From Escherichia coli (GTDB taxonomy: Bacteria; Pseudomonadota; Gammaproteobacteria; Enterobacterales; Enterobacteriaceae): 64,000 bases of DNA. Below the pieces are notes generated by a model, which saw only the letters and a program-made list of their open reading frames with translations, made no database searches and was not told the DNA's origin. The position numbers were made by a program, and so were the translations under genes. The DNA lies in the NCBI RefSeq assembly GCF_003334785.1, contig NZ_QOWV01000003.1; one strand, given 5' to 3'. Positions 1-16,634 of the stretch are shown here, one piece after another (the first letter of the stretch is position 1; each line of letters opens with the position of its first letter).

Positions 1-1347
1 GGCTTTCACCACAATCAGCGTATTGGGGTAGAGATAAAGATCGGCGGCATTACGGAAGGTCAACTGGCCTTTTTCCACCTCCACATAGCTTGCCGGATCA
101 TTTTTGCGACCACCAACTTTAAACGGTGCAGCAGCTGAAAGCACCGGCAGTTTTGCCAGATCCGGATCGCCCTGAATGTAATGCTCGACATACGCTTTTT
201 GCGCGTTGTTCACCACCTGCACGGTCGGATCGTCCTGCACCAGCGCCAGATAGCTATACATATTGTCGGCGGATTTACCGATTGGCTTGCTGACGAACTG
301 GCGTGTGGCATCGTGATCGGCTTTGAGTGTTTCTACCAGCTTGCTGTCTTCCGCCGCGAGGGATTTTTTATTGGCGATGTCGTAAATCGGCCGTGCTTCC
401 GCTTTCGCCTGCGTCACCTGCCATTTACCGCTGTTATTACTGAGTTGTAAGTCGACCACCCCAAGATGATCGCCCCACATGCCCGGCATTACCGCCGGAA
501 CACCATTCAGCGTGCCTTTCGCGATATCAGCCCCTTCGATATCAGCAAAATCTTTACCTGGGAAAACGGCGTGAGCATGGCCAAACATAATGGCGTTAAC
601 GCCAGGAATTTCACTGAGGTAATAAACTGAGTTTTCCGCCATCACTTTATACGGATCGGCAGATAGCCCGGAATGCGCCAGAACGACAACGACATCGGCA
701 CCTTTCTCGCGCATTTCAGGCACGTATTTGCGCACGGTTTCGGTAATATCATTCACCGTCACTTTTCCGGATAAATTAGCTTTATCCCAGCCCATGATTT
801 GCGGCGGCACGACGCCAATATAGCCAATCTTCAGCGTCTGTTTTTTTCCGTCTTTATCGACCACTTCGGTATCTTTAATTAAATACGGTGTAAACATTGG
901 CTGTTTGGTTCTGGCGTCAATGACGTTGGCATTTACATAAGGGAATTTCGCTCCCGCCAACGCATTTTTCAGGTAATCCAGACCGTAGTTAAATTCATGA
1001 TTGCCGAGTGTACCGACCGTATAATCCAGCGTATTCAGCGCCTTATAAACCGGATGAACATCACCTGCTTTTAATCCTTTCGCCGATATGTAATCGGCCA
1101 GCGGACTCCCCTGAATCAAATCGCCGTTATCGACCAGTACGCTGTTTTTCACTTCATTGCGGGCATCGTTAATCAGGCTTGCCGTACGTACCAGTCCGAA
1201 TTTTTCCGTGGCGGTGTCTTTGTAATAATCGAAATCCATCATGTTGCTATGCAGATCAGTGGTTTCCATGATACGTAGATCGACCGTCGCTGCATTCACA
1301 CTGGCGGCAATCAGCGTGGCCAGGAGCGTTGCGCTAAACTTAATCAT
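1..1347 (-). CDS. cpdB: 2',3'-cyclic-nucleotide 2'-phosphodiesterase/3'-nucleotidase, C-terminal end outside window
   Basis: Minus-strand translation from ATG at 1347 begins [24 protein letters not shown] (signal peptide, matches recalled CpdB N-terminus); ORF runs off the window start; synteny with cysQ. Confidence 0.9.
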   Translation of the reverse strand, partial: MIKFSATLLATLIAASVNAATVDLRIMETTDLHSNMMDFDYYKDTATEKFGLVRTASLINDARNEVKNSVLVDNGDLIQGSPLADYISAKGLKAGDVHPVYKALNTLDYTVGTLGNHEFNYGLDYLKNALAGAKFPYVNANVIDARTKQPMFTPYLIKDTEVVDKDGKKQTLKIGYIGVVPPQIMGWDKANLSGKVTVNDITETVRKYVPEMREKGADVVVVLAHSGLSADPYKVMAENSVYYLSEIPGVNAIMFGHAHAVFPGKDFADIEGADIAKGTLNGVPAVMPGMWGDHLGVVDLQLSNNSGKWQVTQAKAEARPIYDIANKKSLAAEDSKLVETLKADHDATRQFVSKPIGKSADNMYSYLALVQDDPTVQVVNNAQKAYVEHYIQGDPDLAKLPVLSAAAPFKVGGRKNDPASYVEVEKGQLTFRNAADLYLYPNTLIVVKA

Positions 1348-1536
1348 CAGGGACATCCTTTTATCATCGGGAATACGAAAGAAAAGGGAGAATAAACGCC
1401 TTACTTATAGAACAGTGAAGAATGCCACAATTTTACGCTTTGAAAATGATGACACTATCACAGTTGGCGCATTCATTAACGATAGGGTATAAGTAAAACA
1501 ATAAGTTAACACCGCTCACAGAGACGAGGTGGAGAA

Positions 1537-2277
1537 ATGTTAGATCAAGTATGCCAGCTTGCACGGAATGCAGGCGATGCCATTATGCAGGTCTACGACG
1601 GGACGAAACCGATGGACGTCGTCAGCAAAGCGGACAATTCTCCGGTAACGGCAGCGGATATTGCCGCTCACACCGTTATCATGGACGGTTTACGTACGCT
1701 GACACCGGATATTCCGGTCCTTTCTGAAGAAGATCCTCCCGGTTGGGAAGTCCGTCAGCACTGGCAGCGTTACTGGCTGGTAGACCCGCTGGATGGTACT
1801 AAAGAGTTTATTAAACGTAATGGCGAATTCACCGTTAACATTGCGCTCATTGACCATGGCAAACCGATTTTAGGTGTGGTGTATGCGCCGGTAATGAACA
1901 TAATGTACAGCGCGGCAGAAGGCAAGGCCTGGAAAGAAGAGTGCGGTGTGCGCAAGCAGATTCAGGTCCGCGATGCGCGCCCGCCGCTGGTGGTTATCAG
2001 CCGTTCCCATGCAGATGCGGAGCTGAAAGAGTATCTGCAACAGCTTGGCGAACATCAGACCACGTCCATCGGCTCTTCGCTGAAATTCTGCCTGGTGGCG
2101 GAAGGGCAGGCGCAGCTGTACCCGCGCTTCGGACCAACGAATATTTGGGATACCGCCGCTGGTCATGCTGTGGCTGCAGCTGCCGGAGCGCACGTTCATG
2201 ACTGGCAGGGTAAACCGCTGGATTACACTCCGCGCGAGTCGTTCCTGAATCCGGGATTCAGAGTGTCTATTTATTAA
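1537..2277 (+). CDS. cysQ: 3'(2'),5'-bisphosphate nucleotidase
   Basis: 246-aa [25 protein letters not shown]..., inositol monophosphatase-like motifs (WLVDPLDGT), K-12 synteny. Confidence 0.95.
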   Translation: MLDQVCQLARNAGDAIMQVYDGTKPMDVVSKADNSPVTAADIAAHTVIMDGLRTLTPDIPVLSEEDPPGWEVRQHWQRYWLVDPLDGTKEFIKRNGEFTVNIALIDHGKPILGVVYAPVMNIMYSAAEGKAWKEECGVRKQIQVRDARPPLVVISRSHADAELKEYLQQLGEHQTTSIGSSLKFCLVAEGQAQLYPRFGPTNIWDTAAGHAVAAAAGAHVHDWQGKPLDYTPRESFLNPGFRVSIY

Positions 2278-2824
2278 TTAATTTATGCAGCAGGTCCATC
2301 ACTTGCTGCACCTCTTCCTGTGTGAGCGCCCCGTCTTTGGCCCATTGCACGCGACCATCCTTATCCAGCACCACTACAGCGGAACTTTCTTCATCCAGCT
2401 GCCAGGCACCGCGCGCGACGCCATTGCTATCGACAATAAACTGCGACCAGGGATAAAGCTTTTTATTACTCTCCAGACTGCTGCGCACAAACATCCCTGA
2501 ACCCGGAATCGCGTCGTCGGTGTTAACAATGGTGGTGGTCTGGTAGCGATCGTGCGGTAACTTCGCTGATTTAATCGCTTCAATCAGCGTCGCGTTTTTC
2601 TCTTTTGCAGAGGTGCGACCAGCAATATGTTGCAGTACTCGCACTTTTCCCACTAACTGTGCGCTGTTCCAGGTTTTGTAGCTAAACTGATCTTTATCAA
2701 GCACCAACTCGCCTCGATCGGTAATGCCAATCGGCGGCACTCGCTGACCGGTTTCGAACTGATGTGCGGAAGCCATCATCGGCAACAGCAGGCAGGTGAG
2801 TGCCAGAATCTTGCGTAGGGTCAT
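2267..2824 (-). CDS. ytfJ: periplasmic protein YtfJ
   Basis: 185-aa ORF with signal peptide [20 protein letters not shown]; position between cysQ and ytfK. Confidence 0.85.
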   Translation of the reverse strand: MTLRKILALTCLLLPMMASAHQFETGQRVPPIGITDRGELVLDKDQFSYKTWNSAQLVGKVRVLQHIAGRTSAKEKNATLIEAIKSAKLPHDRYQTTTIVNTDDAIPGSGMFVRSSLESNKKLYPWSQFIVDSNGVARGAWQLDEESSAVVVLDKDGRVQWAKDGALTQEEVQQVMDLLHKLINK

Positions 2825-3148
2825 GGTGTTTCCTTCTTATGATATGCAGGTGATCCGACCACTTGGGTCTGAGTTTTAATCATATGTGCTATTTATCGAA
2901 TTTCCCGCAAGTGTGATGCCAGTTTGCGGTCAAGCGCACAAATCATATGAAAAATGAATGCTTATACTGAAGACCGCGCTTCGGTAAAAAGATAATTCTG
3001 AATAATTGTAACCTTTAGGTAAAAAAAGTTATACGCGGTGGAAACATTGCCCGGATAGTCTATAGTCACTAAGCATTAAAATTTGCGCCTCATAATAGTT
3101 GGGCCGATTGTGGCACCGCACAGGCGTAATACTCAGCAGGAGATAACA

Positions 3149-3355
3149 ATGAAAATTTTCCAACGGTACAACCCACTTCAGGTGGCGAAGTACGTAAAGA
3201 TCCTGTTCCGTGGACGGTTATACATCAAGGACGTTGGCGCTTTTGAATTTGATAAGGGTAAGATTCTTATCCCAAAAGTGAAGGATAAGCTGCATTTGTC
3301 AGTGATGTCCGAAGTTAACCGTCAGGTTATGCGTCTGCAAACAGAGATGGCTTAA
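3149..3355 (+). CDS. ytfK: small protein YtfK (68 aa)
   Basis: ATG at 3149 preceded by GGAG; translation [30 protein letters not shown]...; the track ORF from 3083 is an upstream extension. Confidence 0.85.
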
Positions 3356-3416
3356 CCAAAGTGCTATGCAGTAATAAGACGGCTCCTGATTCAGGAGCCG
3401 TTGATGTTTCTGGGGG

Positions 3417-4760
3417 TTACGCGACGCTTTCTTCTTTATCTTTAGCGTCAGGCAGTTTTGGCGAAAGGGCGGTGGCCTTGCTGTCGATCCGGGTCACCAG
3501 CAGCTGGTCGATGCGGTAGTTATCGATATCCACCACTTCAAATTTGTAGCCGGCGAATTTCACCGAATCGGTGCGTTTCGGGATCTTACGCAGCATAAAC
3601 ATCATAAAGCCGCCGATGGTTTCGTAGTTGCCCGACTGCGGGAACTCGTCAATATCCAGCACGCGCATGACGTCGTCAATTGGGGTGCCGCCGTCAATCA
3701 GCCATGAGTTCTCATCACGGGCGACAATCTGCTCTTCCAGCCCCTGACCGACTAGATCGCCCATCAGCGTGGTCATCACGTCATTGAGGGTGATGATCCC
3801 CACCACCAGCGCGTACTCGTTCATGATCACCGCGAAGTCTTCACCTGCGGTTTTAAAACTTTCCAACGCCTCTGAAAGGGTTAACGTATCCGGCACAATC
3901 AGCGTGTTGCGAATTTGTACGCCGCTGTTCAGTGCCAGGCTTTGGTTAGCCAGCACGCGGTTCAGCAGGTCTTTAGAATCGACATAGCCGATGATGTGGT
4001 CAATATCTTCATTACAGACGAGGAACTTAGAGTGCGGATGTTCCGCCACCTTATTCTTCAGGCTTTGCTCATCTTCGTGGAGATCAAACCAAATCACGTT
4101 TTCACGCGGTGTCATTGACGACGGAACGGTACGGGATTCCAGCTCAAAGACGTTTTCAATCAGCTCGTGTTCCTGTTTACGTAACACGCCCGCCAGCGCA
4201 CCGGCTTCCACTACCGCGTAGATGTCATCAGAAGTGATGTCATCTTTACGTACCATTGGCAGTTTGAAAATACGGAAGATTATGTTCGCCAGTCCGTTGA
4301 AGAACCACACCAGCGGGGTGCAAACGTACAGGCAGAAGCGCATCGGGTTGATGATACGCAAAGCGACAGCTTCTGGCGCAATCATACCGATGCGTTTCGG
4401 GGTTAAATCCGCAAACAGGATAAACATGCCAGTCACTAACGAGAAAGAGAGAATAAAGCTCAGTTGCTCAGAGAGCTCTGCCGACATATAGCGGGAGAAC
4501 AGGCTGTGAAAAGCTGGAGAAAATGCCGCATCACCGACGATACCGCCGAGAATCGCCACTGCGTTCAGACCGATTTGGACCACGGTAAAGAACATGCCGG
4601 GATTTTCCTGCATATTCAGAACGCGTTGGGCATTTATATTGCCTTCATCAGCCAGCAGTTTAAGTTTGATTTTGCGTGAGGCGGCAAGTGAGATCTCGGA
4701 CATCGAGAAGAACGCACTTACAGCGATCAAGCAGAGTATGACTAAAATACTGTTTAACAT
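3417..4760 (-). CDS. ytfL: inner membrane CNNM/CorC-family transporter (YtfL/PaeA)
   Basis: 447-aa ORF, hydrophobic N-terminus, CBS and CorC-like C-terminal region, K-12 synteny. Confidence 0.9.
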   Translation of the reverse strand: MLNSILVILCLIAVSAFFSMSEISLAASRKIKLKLLADEGNINAQRVLNMQENPGMFFTVVQIGLNAVAILGGIVGDAAFSPAFHSLFSRYMSAELSEQLSFILSFSLVTGMFILFADLTPKRIGMIAPEAVALRIINPMRFCLYVCTPLVWFFNGLANIIFRIFKLPMVRKDDITSDDIYAVVEAGALAGVLRKQEHELIENVFELESRTVPSSMTPRENVIWFDLHEDEQSLKNKVAEHPHSKFLVCNEDIDHIIGYVDSKDLLNRVLANQSLALNSGVQIRNTLIVPDTLTLSEALESFKTAGEDFAVIMNEYALVVGIITLNDVMTTLMGDLVGQGLEEQIVARDENSWLIDGGTPIDDVMRVLDIDEFPQSGNYETIGGFMMFMLRKIPKRTDSVKFAGYKFEVVDIDNYRIDQLLVTRIDSKATALSPKLPDAKDKEESVA

Positions 4761-4937
4761 ATCTTATCCGACCTTTCAGGCCAGATCCTCGGAAGGGGAA
4801 GTTGATTAATTTGTGTGAAATACAAATTGAAAGCCGATTCGAAGAAAGTGAACCGGCATTTTCAGTGGCTAGTATAGCGTAAGGTACTGTAAAGTCGCCA
4901 GAGGGTTAAAATTCAGACTGCTGATAAATGCAATACT

Positions 4938-5035
4938 GCCTGATGCGCTATGCCAATCAGGCCTACGCAGTCCTTGCAATATATTGAATTTGGACGATTT
5001 TGTAGGCCTGGTAAGGCGTTTACGCCGCATCTGGC
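4938..5035. repeat. REP-like palindromic elements
   Basis: gcctgatgcg...caatcaggcctac and gtaggcctggtaaggcgtttacgccgcatctggca motifs in the ytfL-msrA intergenic region. Confidence 0.6.
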
Positions 5036-5082
5036 ATAAATAAAGCGCACTTTATCAACAATCTACATTTGTACCCGTAACG

Positions 5083-5721
5083 CTATGCTTCCGGTGGCAG
5101 ACAGACGCCAATTCCGCCAATTCCACAGTAACCATACGGGTTTTTATGCAGATATTGCTGGTGGTCATCTTCGGCATAATAAAACGGTGTGGCGTTAGCG
5201 ATTTCCGTGGTGATGTGACGATCATCATCGGCGGCAAGCATCGCCGCCTGAAAACGTTCCAGACTGGCGCGAGCTGCGGCATCCTGTTCTGGGGTCAGCG
5301 GATAAATCGCTGAACGATACTGCGTGCCGTGGTCATTGCCCTGACGCATTCCCTGGGCGGGATCGTGATTCTCCCAAAATACCTGTAGCAACTGCTCATA
5401 GCTGATGACGGAAGGATCGTAAACAATGCGTACCGCTTCGGCATGACCCGTATCACCGGAGCACACTTCCCGATAAGTCGGATTTGGCGTATAGCCTCCG
5501 GTATAGCCTGCGGCGGTGCTGTAAACGCCGGGTAACTGCCAGAACAGACGCTCCACACCCCAGAAACAACCCATCGCAAAAATGGCAATCTCCATTCCGT
5601 CAGGTACATTGGTCATTGAGTGACCGTTGACCGCATGCAGCGTGGCTACGGGCATCGGGGTGTTACGTCCAGGCAGGGCATCGGCGGGGGAAACCAGATG
5701 CTTTTTATCAAATAAACTCAT
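5083..5721 (-). CDS. msrA: peptide methionine sulfoxide reductase A
   Basis: ATG at 5721; [19 protein letters not shown]..., GCFWG active-site motif; track ORF start at 5787 is an upstream extension. Confidence 0.95.
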
Positions 5722-5884
5722 GGTGTCGCTCTCCCGAAAATCGGTCATTGGGGTTAAGGTTGTAACAAGAGGCGTATTTGCACACAATAACCACCGTGAA
5801 TAGGTCTAAAGTAAAACATAAGAAATATTTGGGGTTTAGTCTGCTTTTTAATCCATATTACTGGATTTTTGTTAAGCCGTTTAA

Positions 5885-11436
<5,552 letters not shown>

Positions 11437-11438
11437 CA

Positions 11439-11780
11439 ATGCGAATATTTGTCTACGGCAGTTTACGCCACAAACAAGGCAACAGTCACTGGATGACCAA
11501 TGCCCAGTTACTGGGCGATTTCAGTATCGATAACTACCAGTTGTATAGCCTGGGCCACTATCCAGGCGCAGTTCCGGGGAACGGAACAGTACACGGTGAA
11601 GTTTATCGTATTGACAACGCCACGCTGGCCGAACTTGATGCCTTGCGCACCAGGGGCGGTGAATACGCGCGCCAGTTGATTCAGACGCCGTACGGGAGTG
11701 CATGGATGTACGTTTATCAACGACCCGTCGATGGATTAAAGCTAATTGAAAGCGGCGACTGGTTAGACAGGGATAAGTAA
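11439..11780 (+). CDS. ytfP: gamma-glutamylcyclotransferase-family protein YtfP
   Basis: 113-aa ORF MRIFVYGSLRHKQGNSHWM..., YGSL motif typical of GGCT/AIG2-like fold. Confidence 0.9.
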   Translation: MRIFVYGSLRHKQGNSHWMTNAQLLGDFSIDNYQLYSLGHYPGAVPGNGTVHGEVYRIDNATLAELDALRTRGGEYARQLIQTPYGSAWMYVYQRPVDGLKLIESGDWLDRDK

Positions 11781-11792
11781 TAATAAAAGCAC

Positions 11793-11817
11793 GCCACCTT
11801 CGGGTGGCGTTGTTTTA
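11793..11817 (+). terminator. rho-independent terminator after ytfP
   Basis: GC hairpin gccacc-ttcg-ggtggc followed by gttgtttt. Confidence 0.7.
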
Positions 11818-12159
11818 TGCGATGTATCTCGCGATTTTTTTTTGTAACTTTTCCATCTTTTGCTTTTCTCTCCGAGCCGCTTTCCATATCTGCAATCGCA
11901 TAAAAAACTCTGCTGGCGTTCACAAATGTGCAGGGGTAAAACGGGGGCACGCTTTGAACGGTGAGTATGAGTGAGGTCGGCTAACTTCCAGCAAGTGGCT
12001 ATGAACAGCAAAATGGTGGTCGGGTTTGCTTGTTCTTACCGTTCAAGCCTTGCAACCGCTGAGAATAATGATGGTGGAATAGAGAGTTTATTTATCGCGG
12101 GCATAAAAAAACCCTTACTAACCGAAGCCCGGCGTTCAGGGTTATTGCGCTAGAAGAAC

Positions 12160-12690
12160 TTATTTATTCTTTGCGCGCTCGAAGGAAGCAACGATTTCAG
12201 CTTTAGCGGCTTCTGCGTTTTCCCAACCTTCAACTTTCACCCACTTGCCTTTTTCGAGGTCTTTGTAGTGCTCGAAGAAGTGAGCGATCTGCGCTTTCAG
12301 CAGCTCTGGCAGATCGTTAACGTCTTTAATGTGATCGTATTCTTTGCTCAGCTTTGTGTGCGGAACAGCAATCAGTTTCGCATCTTCACCGGCTTCGTCG
12401 GTCATTTTCAGAACGCCAACCGGACGGCAACGGATCACAGAACCCGGCTGCAGCGGGTACGGAGTCGGGACCAGTACGTCAACCGGGTCACCGTCCAGAG
12501 ACAGGGTGTGGTTGATGTAACCGTAGTTGCACGGATAGAACATCGCGGTGGACATGAAGCGGTCAACGAACAGTGCGCCGCTCTCTTTGTCGATTTCGTA
12601 TTTGATCGGATCTGCGTTAGCCGGGATCTCAATAACAACGTAGATGTCTTCCGGCAGATCTTTACCCGCAGGGACGTTGAGTAAGCTCAT
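12160..12690 (-). CDS. ppa: inorganic pyrophosphatase
   Basis: 176-aa [41 protein letters not shown]... Confidence 0.97.
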   Translation of the reverse strand: MSLLNVPAGKDLPEDIYVVIEIPANADPIKYEIDKESGALFVDRFMSTAMFYPCNYGYINHTLSLDGDPVDVLVPTPYPLQPGSVIRCRPVGVLKMTDEAGEDAKLIAVPHTKLSKEYDHIKDVNDLPELLKAQIAHFFEHYKDLEKGKWVKVEGWENAEAAKAEIVASFERAKNK

Positions 12691-12999
12691 GTCTGTTTCC
12701 TTTAAAAATATGTGGCAAACAAGTGCCGAGTATTATAGCCAACTCGCGCCGAATGTCTTCGCTTGTTTTCGTCTTCATTTTCCTTTTTCGCCAATTTTAA
12801 GACGGTATACAGAGCAGGAAAATCCATAACCGTAGCCGCATTTTTCATAGTGAGATGAAAGCGATTACAAACTTGTGATTAACGTTTTATTTACTTCTTT
12901 GAAGTGTGATGTAACGCAATCCGTTACATAACGAATTGTCTATAGTTTTTTCGCGAACATCTTTTCACCAATAATAATTACCCCGACGAGGACAACCCT

Positions 13000-13956
13000 A
13001 TGTGGAAACGCTTACTTGTAGTCTCTGCAGTCTCGGCAGCCATGTCGTCTATGGCGTTGGCCGCTCCATTAACCGTAGGATTTTCGCAGGTCGGATCGGA
13101 ATCTGGCTGGCGCGCCGCAGAAACCAATGTGGCGAAAAGTGAGGCCGAAAAACGCGGAATTACGCTGAAAATTGCCGATGGTCAGCAAAAGCAGGAAAAC
13201 CAGATTAAAGCGGTACGTTCCTTCGTCGCGCAAGGGGTGGATGCGATCTTTATCGCTCCGGTGGTTGCGACTGGTTGGGAACCGGTATTAAAAGAGGCGA
13301 AAGATGCCGAAATCCCGGTCTTCTTGCTCGATCGTTCTATTGATGTGAAAGACAAATCTCTCTATATGACCACCGTCACTGCCGACAACATTCTCGAAGG
13401 CAAGTTGATTGGTGACTGGCTGGTAAAAGAAGTGAATGGCAAACCATGCAACGTGGTGGAGCTGCAGGGCACTGTTGGGGCCAGCGTCGCCATTGACCGT
13501 AAGAAAGGCTTTGCCGAAGCCATTAAGAATGCGCCAAATATCAAAATTATCCGCTCGCAGTCAGGTGACTTCACCCGCAGTAAAGGCAAAGAAGTCATGG
13601 AGAGCTTTATCAAAGCGGAAAACAACGGCAAAAACATCTGCATGGTTTACGCCCATAACGACGACATGGTGATTGGTGCAATTCAGGCAATTAAAGAAGC
13701 GGGCCTGAAACCAGGCAAAGATATTCTGACAGGTTCTATCGACGGCGTACCGGATATCTACAAAGCGATGATTGATGGCGAAGCGAACGCCAGTGTTGAA
13801 CTGACGCCGAATATGGCAGGTCCCGCCTTCGACGCGCTGGAGAAATACAAAAAAGACGGCACCATGCCTGAAAAGCTGACGCTGACCAAATCCACCCTTT
13901 ATCTGCCTGATACCGCAAAAGAAGAGTTAGAGAAGAAGAAAAATATGGGGTATTGA
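13000..13956 (+). CDS. ytfQ: galactofuranose ABC transporter periplasmic binding protein
   Basis: 318-aa ORF with signal peptide, sugar-binding-protein fold signatures, first gene of ytfQRT-yjfF. Confidence 0.9.
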   Translation: MWKRLLVVSAVSAAMSSMALAAPLTVGFSQVGSESGWRAAETNVAKSEAEKRGITLKIADGQQKQENQIKAVRSFVAQGVDAIFIAPVVATGWEPVLKEAKDAEIPVFLLDRSIDVKDKSLYMTTVTADNILEGKLIGDWLVKEVNGKPCNVVELQGTVGASVAIDRKKGFAEAIKNAPNIKIIRSQSGDFTRSKGKEVMESFIKAENNGKNICMVYAHNDDMVIGAIQAIKEAGLKPGKDILTGSIDGVPDIYKAMIDGEANASVELTPNMAGPAFDALEKYKKDGTMPEKLTLTKSTLYLPDTAKEELEKKKNMGY

Positions 13957-13965
13957 GGGTTGCTA

Positions 13966-14066
13966 TGCCTGATGCCGATTCGTAGGCCGGATAAGGCGCT
14001 CGCGCCGCATCCGGCGGTGGTGCGCTGAAGCCTGATGCGACGCTTACCGCGTCTTATCATGCCTAC
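13966..14066. repeat. REP/BIME palindromic elements
   Basis: gcctgatgccgattcgtaggccggataaggcgctcgcgccgcatccggc and gcctgatgcgacgcttaccgcgtcttatcatgcctac. Confidence 0.8.
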
Positions 14067-14095
14067 TGGGAGCACGCTTTACACCGGGGGAAACC

Positions 14096-15598
14096 ATGAC
14101 GACTAACCAACACCAGGAGATCCTCCGCACCGAAGGATTAAGTAAATTTTTCCCCGGCGTCAAAGCGTTAGACAACGTTGATTTCAGCCTGCGCCGCGGC
14201 GAAATCATGGCGCTGCTCGGTGAAAACGGGGCAGGAAAATCAACGCTAATCAAAGCATTAACTGGTGTATACCACGCCGATCGCGGCACCATCTGGCTGG
14301 AAGGCCAGGCTATCTCACCGAAAAATACCGCCCATGCACAACAACTCGGTATCGGCACCGTCTATCAGGAAGTAAACCTGCTACCCAATATGTCGGTCGC
14401 TGATAATCTATTTATAGGCCGCGAACCCAAACGCTTCGGCCTTCTACGCCGCAAAGAGATGGAAAAGCGCGCCACCGAACTGATGGCATCTTACGGTTTC
14501 TCCCTCGACGTGCGCGAACCGCTCAACCGCTTTTCAGTCGCGATGCAGCAAATCGTCGCTATTTGCCGGGCTATCGATCTCTCTGCCAAAGTGCTGATCC
14601 TCGATGAACCCACCGCCAGTCTCGACACCCAGGAAGTGGAGTTACTGTTTGACCTGATGCGTCAGTTGCGCGATCGCGGCGTCAGCCTGATTTTTGTCAC
14701 TCACTTTCTCGATCAGGTCTATCAGGTCAGCGATCGGATCACCGTCTTACGCAACGGCAGTTTCGTAGGCTGTCGGGAAACGTGCGAGCTACCGCAGATC
14801 GAACTGGTAAAAATGATGCTGGGGCGCGAGCTGGATACCCACGCGCTACAGCGTGCCGGGCGAACATTGTTGAGCGACAAACCCGTTGCCGCGTTCAAAA
14901 ATTACGGCAAAAAAGGAACGATCGCACCGTTTGATCTCGAAGTACGCCCCGGCGAGATCGTCGGTCTGGCTGGATTGCTGGGATCAGGACGTACCGAAAC
15001 CGCCGAAGTGATCTTCGGTATCAAACCTGCTGACAGCGGCACGGCGTTGATCAAAGGCAAACCGCAAAACCTGCGATCGCCACATCAGGCTTCGGTACTG
15101 GGCATTGGCTTCTGCCCGGAAGACAGGAAAACCGATGGCATCATCGCTGCCGCCTCGGTGCGGGAAAATATCATCCTCGCTCTCCAGGCCCAGCGCGGCT
15201 GGCTACGTCCCATTTCCCGCAAAGAACAGCAAGAGATTGCCGAACGCTTTATCCGCCAGCTTGGCATTCGCACACCTTCAACTGAACAACCGATTGAATT
15301 TCTCTCTGGCGGCAATCAGCAAAAAGTGTTGCTTTCACGTTGGCTACTGACCCGACCGCAATTTCTGATCCTTGATGAGCCAACTCGCGGCATTGATGTT
15401 GGTGCCCACGCCGAGATCATCCGCCTGATTGAAACGCTATGCGCCGATGGTCTGGCGCTGCTGGTGATCTCCTCCGAACTGGAAGAACTGGTGGGCTATG
15501 CCGACCGGGTGATCATCATGCGCGATCGCAAACAGGTGGCGGAGATCCCGCTGGCAGAGCTTTCCGTTCCGGCGATCATGAACGCCATTGCGGCGTAA
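14096..15598 (+). CDS. ytfR: ABC transporter ATP-binding protein, duplicated ATPase
   Basis: 500-aa ORF with two Walker A motifs (GENGAGKST, GLLGSGRTE) and signature motifs. Confidence 0.93.
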   Translation: MTTNQHQEILRTEGLSKFFPGVKALDNVDFSLRRGEIMALLGENGAGKSTLIKALTGVYHADRGTIWLEGQAISPKNTAHAQQLGIGTVYQEVNLLPNMSVADNLFIGREPKRFGLLRRKEMEKRATELMASYGFSLDVREPLNRFSVAMQQIVAICRAIDLSAKVLILDEPTASLDTQEVELLFDLMRQLRDRGVSLIFVTHFLDQVYQVSDRITVLRNGSFVGCRETCELPQIELVKMMLGRELDTHALQRAGRTLLSDKPVAAFKNYGKKGTIAPFDLEVRPGEIVGLAGLLGSGRTETAEVIFGIKPADSGTALIKGKPQNLRSPHQASVLGIGFCPEDRKTDGIIAAASVRENIILALQAQRGWLRPISRKEQQEIAERFIRQLGIRTPSTEQPIEFLSGGNQQKVLLSRWLLTRPQFLILDEPTRGIDVGAHAEIIRLIETLCADGLALLVISSELEELVGYADRVIIMRDRKQVAEIPLAELSVPAIMNAIAA

Positions 15599-15608
15599 GG
15601 AGAACAGT

Positions 15609-16634
15609 GTGATGCCTCAATCTCTCCCGGACACTACGCCGCCGAAAAGGCGCTTTCGCTGGCCAACGGGAATGCCGCAGCTGGCGGCACTGTTGCTGGT
15701 GCTGCTGGTCGATAGCCTGGTGGCCCCGCATTTCTGGCAGGTGGTGCTCCAGGATGGGCGTTTATTCGGTAGCCCCATAGACATTCTTAACCGTGCGGCC
15801 CCCGTTGCGCTGTTGGCTATCGGAATGACGCTGGTGATCGCAACAGGTGGGATTGATCTCTCCGTGGGGGCGGTGATGGCTATCGCCGGAGCCACAACGG
15901 CTGCGATGACGGTCGCGGGATTCAGCCTGCCGATTGTTTTGTTAAGCGCCCTGGGCACTGGCATCCTGGCGGGATTGTGGAACGGCATACTGGTAGCGAT
16001 CCTCAAAATTCAGCCGTTTGTTGCCACCCTGATCCTGATGGTCGCCGGGCGCGGCGTGGCGCAACTGATCACCTCCGGACAGATCGTCACGTTTAACTCG
16101 CCGGATCTCTCATGGTTTGGCAGTGGATCGCTGTTGTTCCTGCCAACGCCGGTCATTATCGCGGTGCTGACGCTTATCCTGTTCTGGCTGTTGACCCGCA
16201 AAACGGCGCTGGGGATGTTTATCGAAGCCGTTGGTATCAACATTCGGGCGGCAAAAAATGCCGGGGTAAACACGCGGATCATCGTCATGCTTACCTACGT
16301 GTTGAGCGGGCTGTGTGCGGCGATTGCGGGCATTATCGTGGCGGCGGATATTCGCGGTGCCGATGCCAATAACGCCGGGTTATGGCTGGAGCTGGACGCC
16401 ATTCTCGCGGTGGTTATTGGCGGCGGATCGCTGATGGGCGGACGTTTTAACCTACTGCTTTCGGTGGTGGGGGCGCTGATTATTCAGGGGATGAACACCG
16501 GAATTTTGCTTTCGGGCTTTCCGCCAGAGATGAACCAGGTTGTAAAAGCGGTGGTGGTTCTTTGCGTGCTGATTGTCCAGTCGCAACGCTTTATCAGTCT
16601 GATTAAAGGAGTACGTAGCCGTGATAAAACGTAA
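15609..16634 (+). CDS. ytfT: ABC transporter permease
   Basis: GTG 15609 after AAGGAG gives 341 aa starting MMPQSLPDTTPPKRRFRW; multi-TM; start could instead be ATG 15612. Confidence 0.85.
   Translation: MMPQSLPDTTPPKRRFRWPTGMPQLAALLLVLLVDSLVAPHFWQVVLQDGRLFGSPIDILNRAAPVALLAIGMTLVIATGGIDLSVGAVMAIAGATTAAMTVAGFSLPIVLLSALGTGILAGLWNGILVAILKIQPFVATLILMVAGRGVAQLITSGQIVTFNSPDLSWFGSGSLLFLPTPVIIAVLTLILFWLLTRKTALGMFIEAVGINIRAAKNAGVNTRIIVMLTYVLSGLCAAIAGIIVAADIRGADANNAGLWLELDAILAVVIGGGSLMGGRFNLLLSVVGALIIQGMNTGILLSGFPPEMNQVVKAVVVLCVLIVQSQRFISLIKGVRSRDKT

Noticed and set aside
5722-5787. N-terminal extensions in the ORF track for msrA, fbp, treC, ridA, bdcA, yjgR, ahr, tabA and the integrase
   Set aside because: Each has an internal start with a proper RBS that reproduces the known N-terminus; the longer forms begin at upstream alternative start codons.
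11971-12153. 60-aa ORF as a possible chpS-like antitoxin replacement
   Set aside because: No similarity to the AbrB/MazE-like fold by eye, no RBS, and it overlaps the ppa terminator region.
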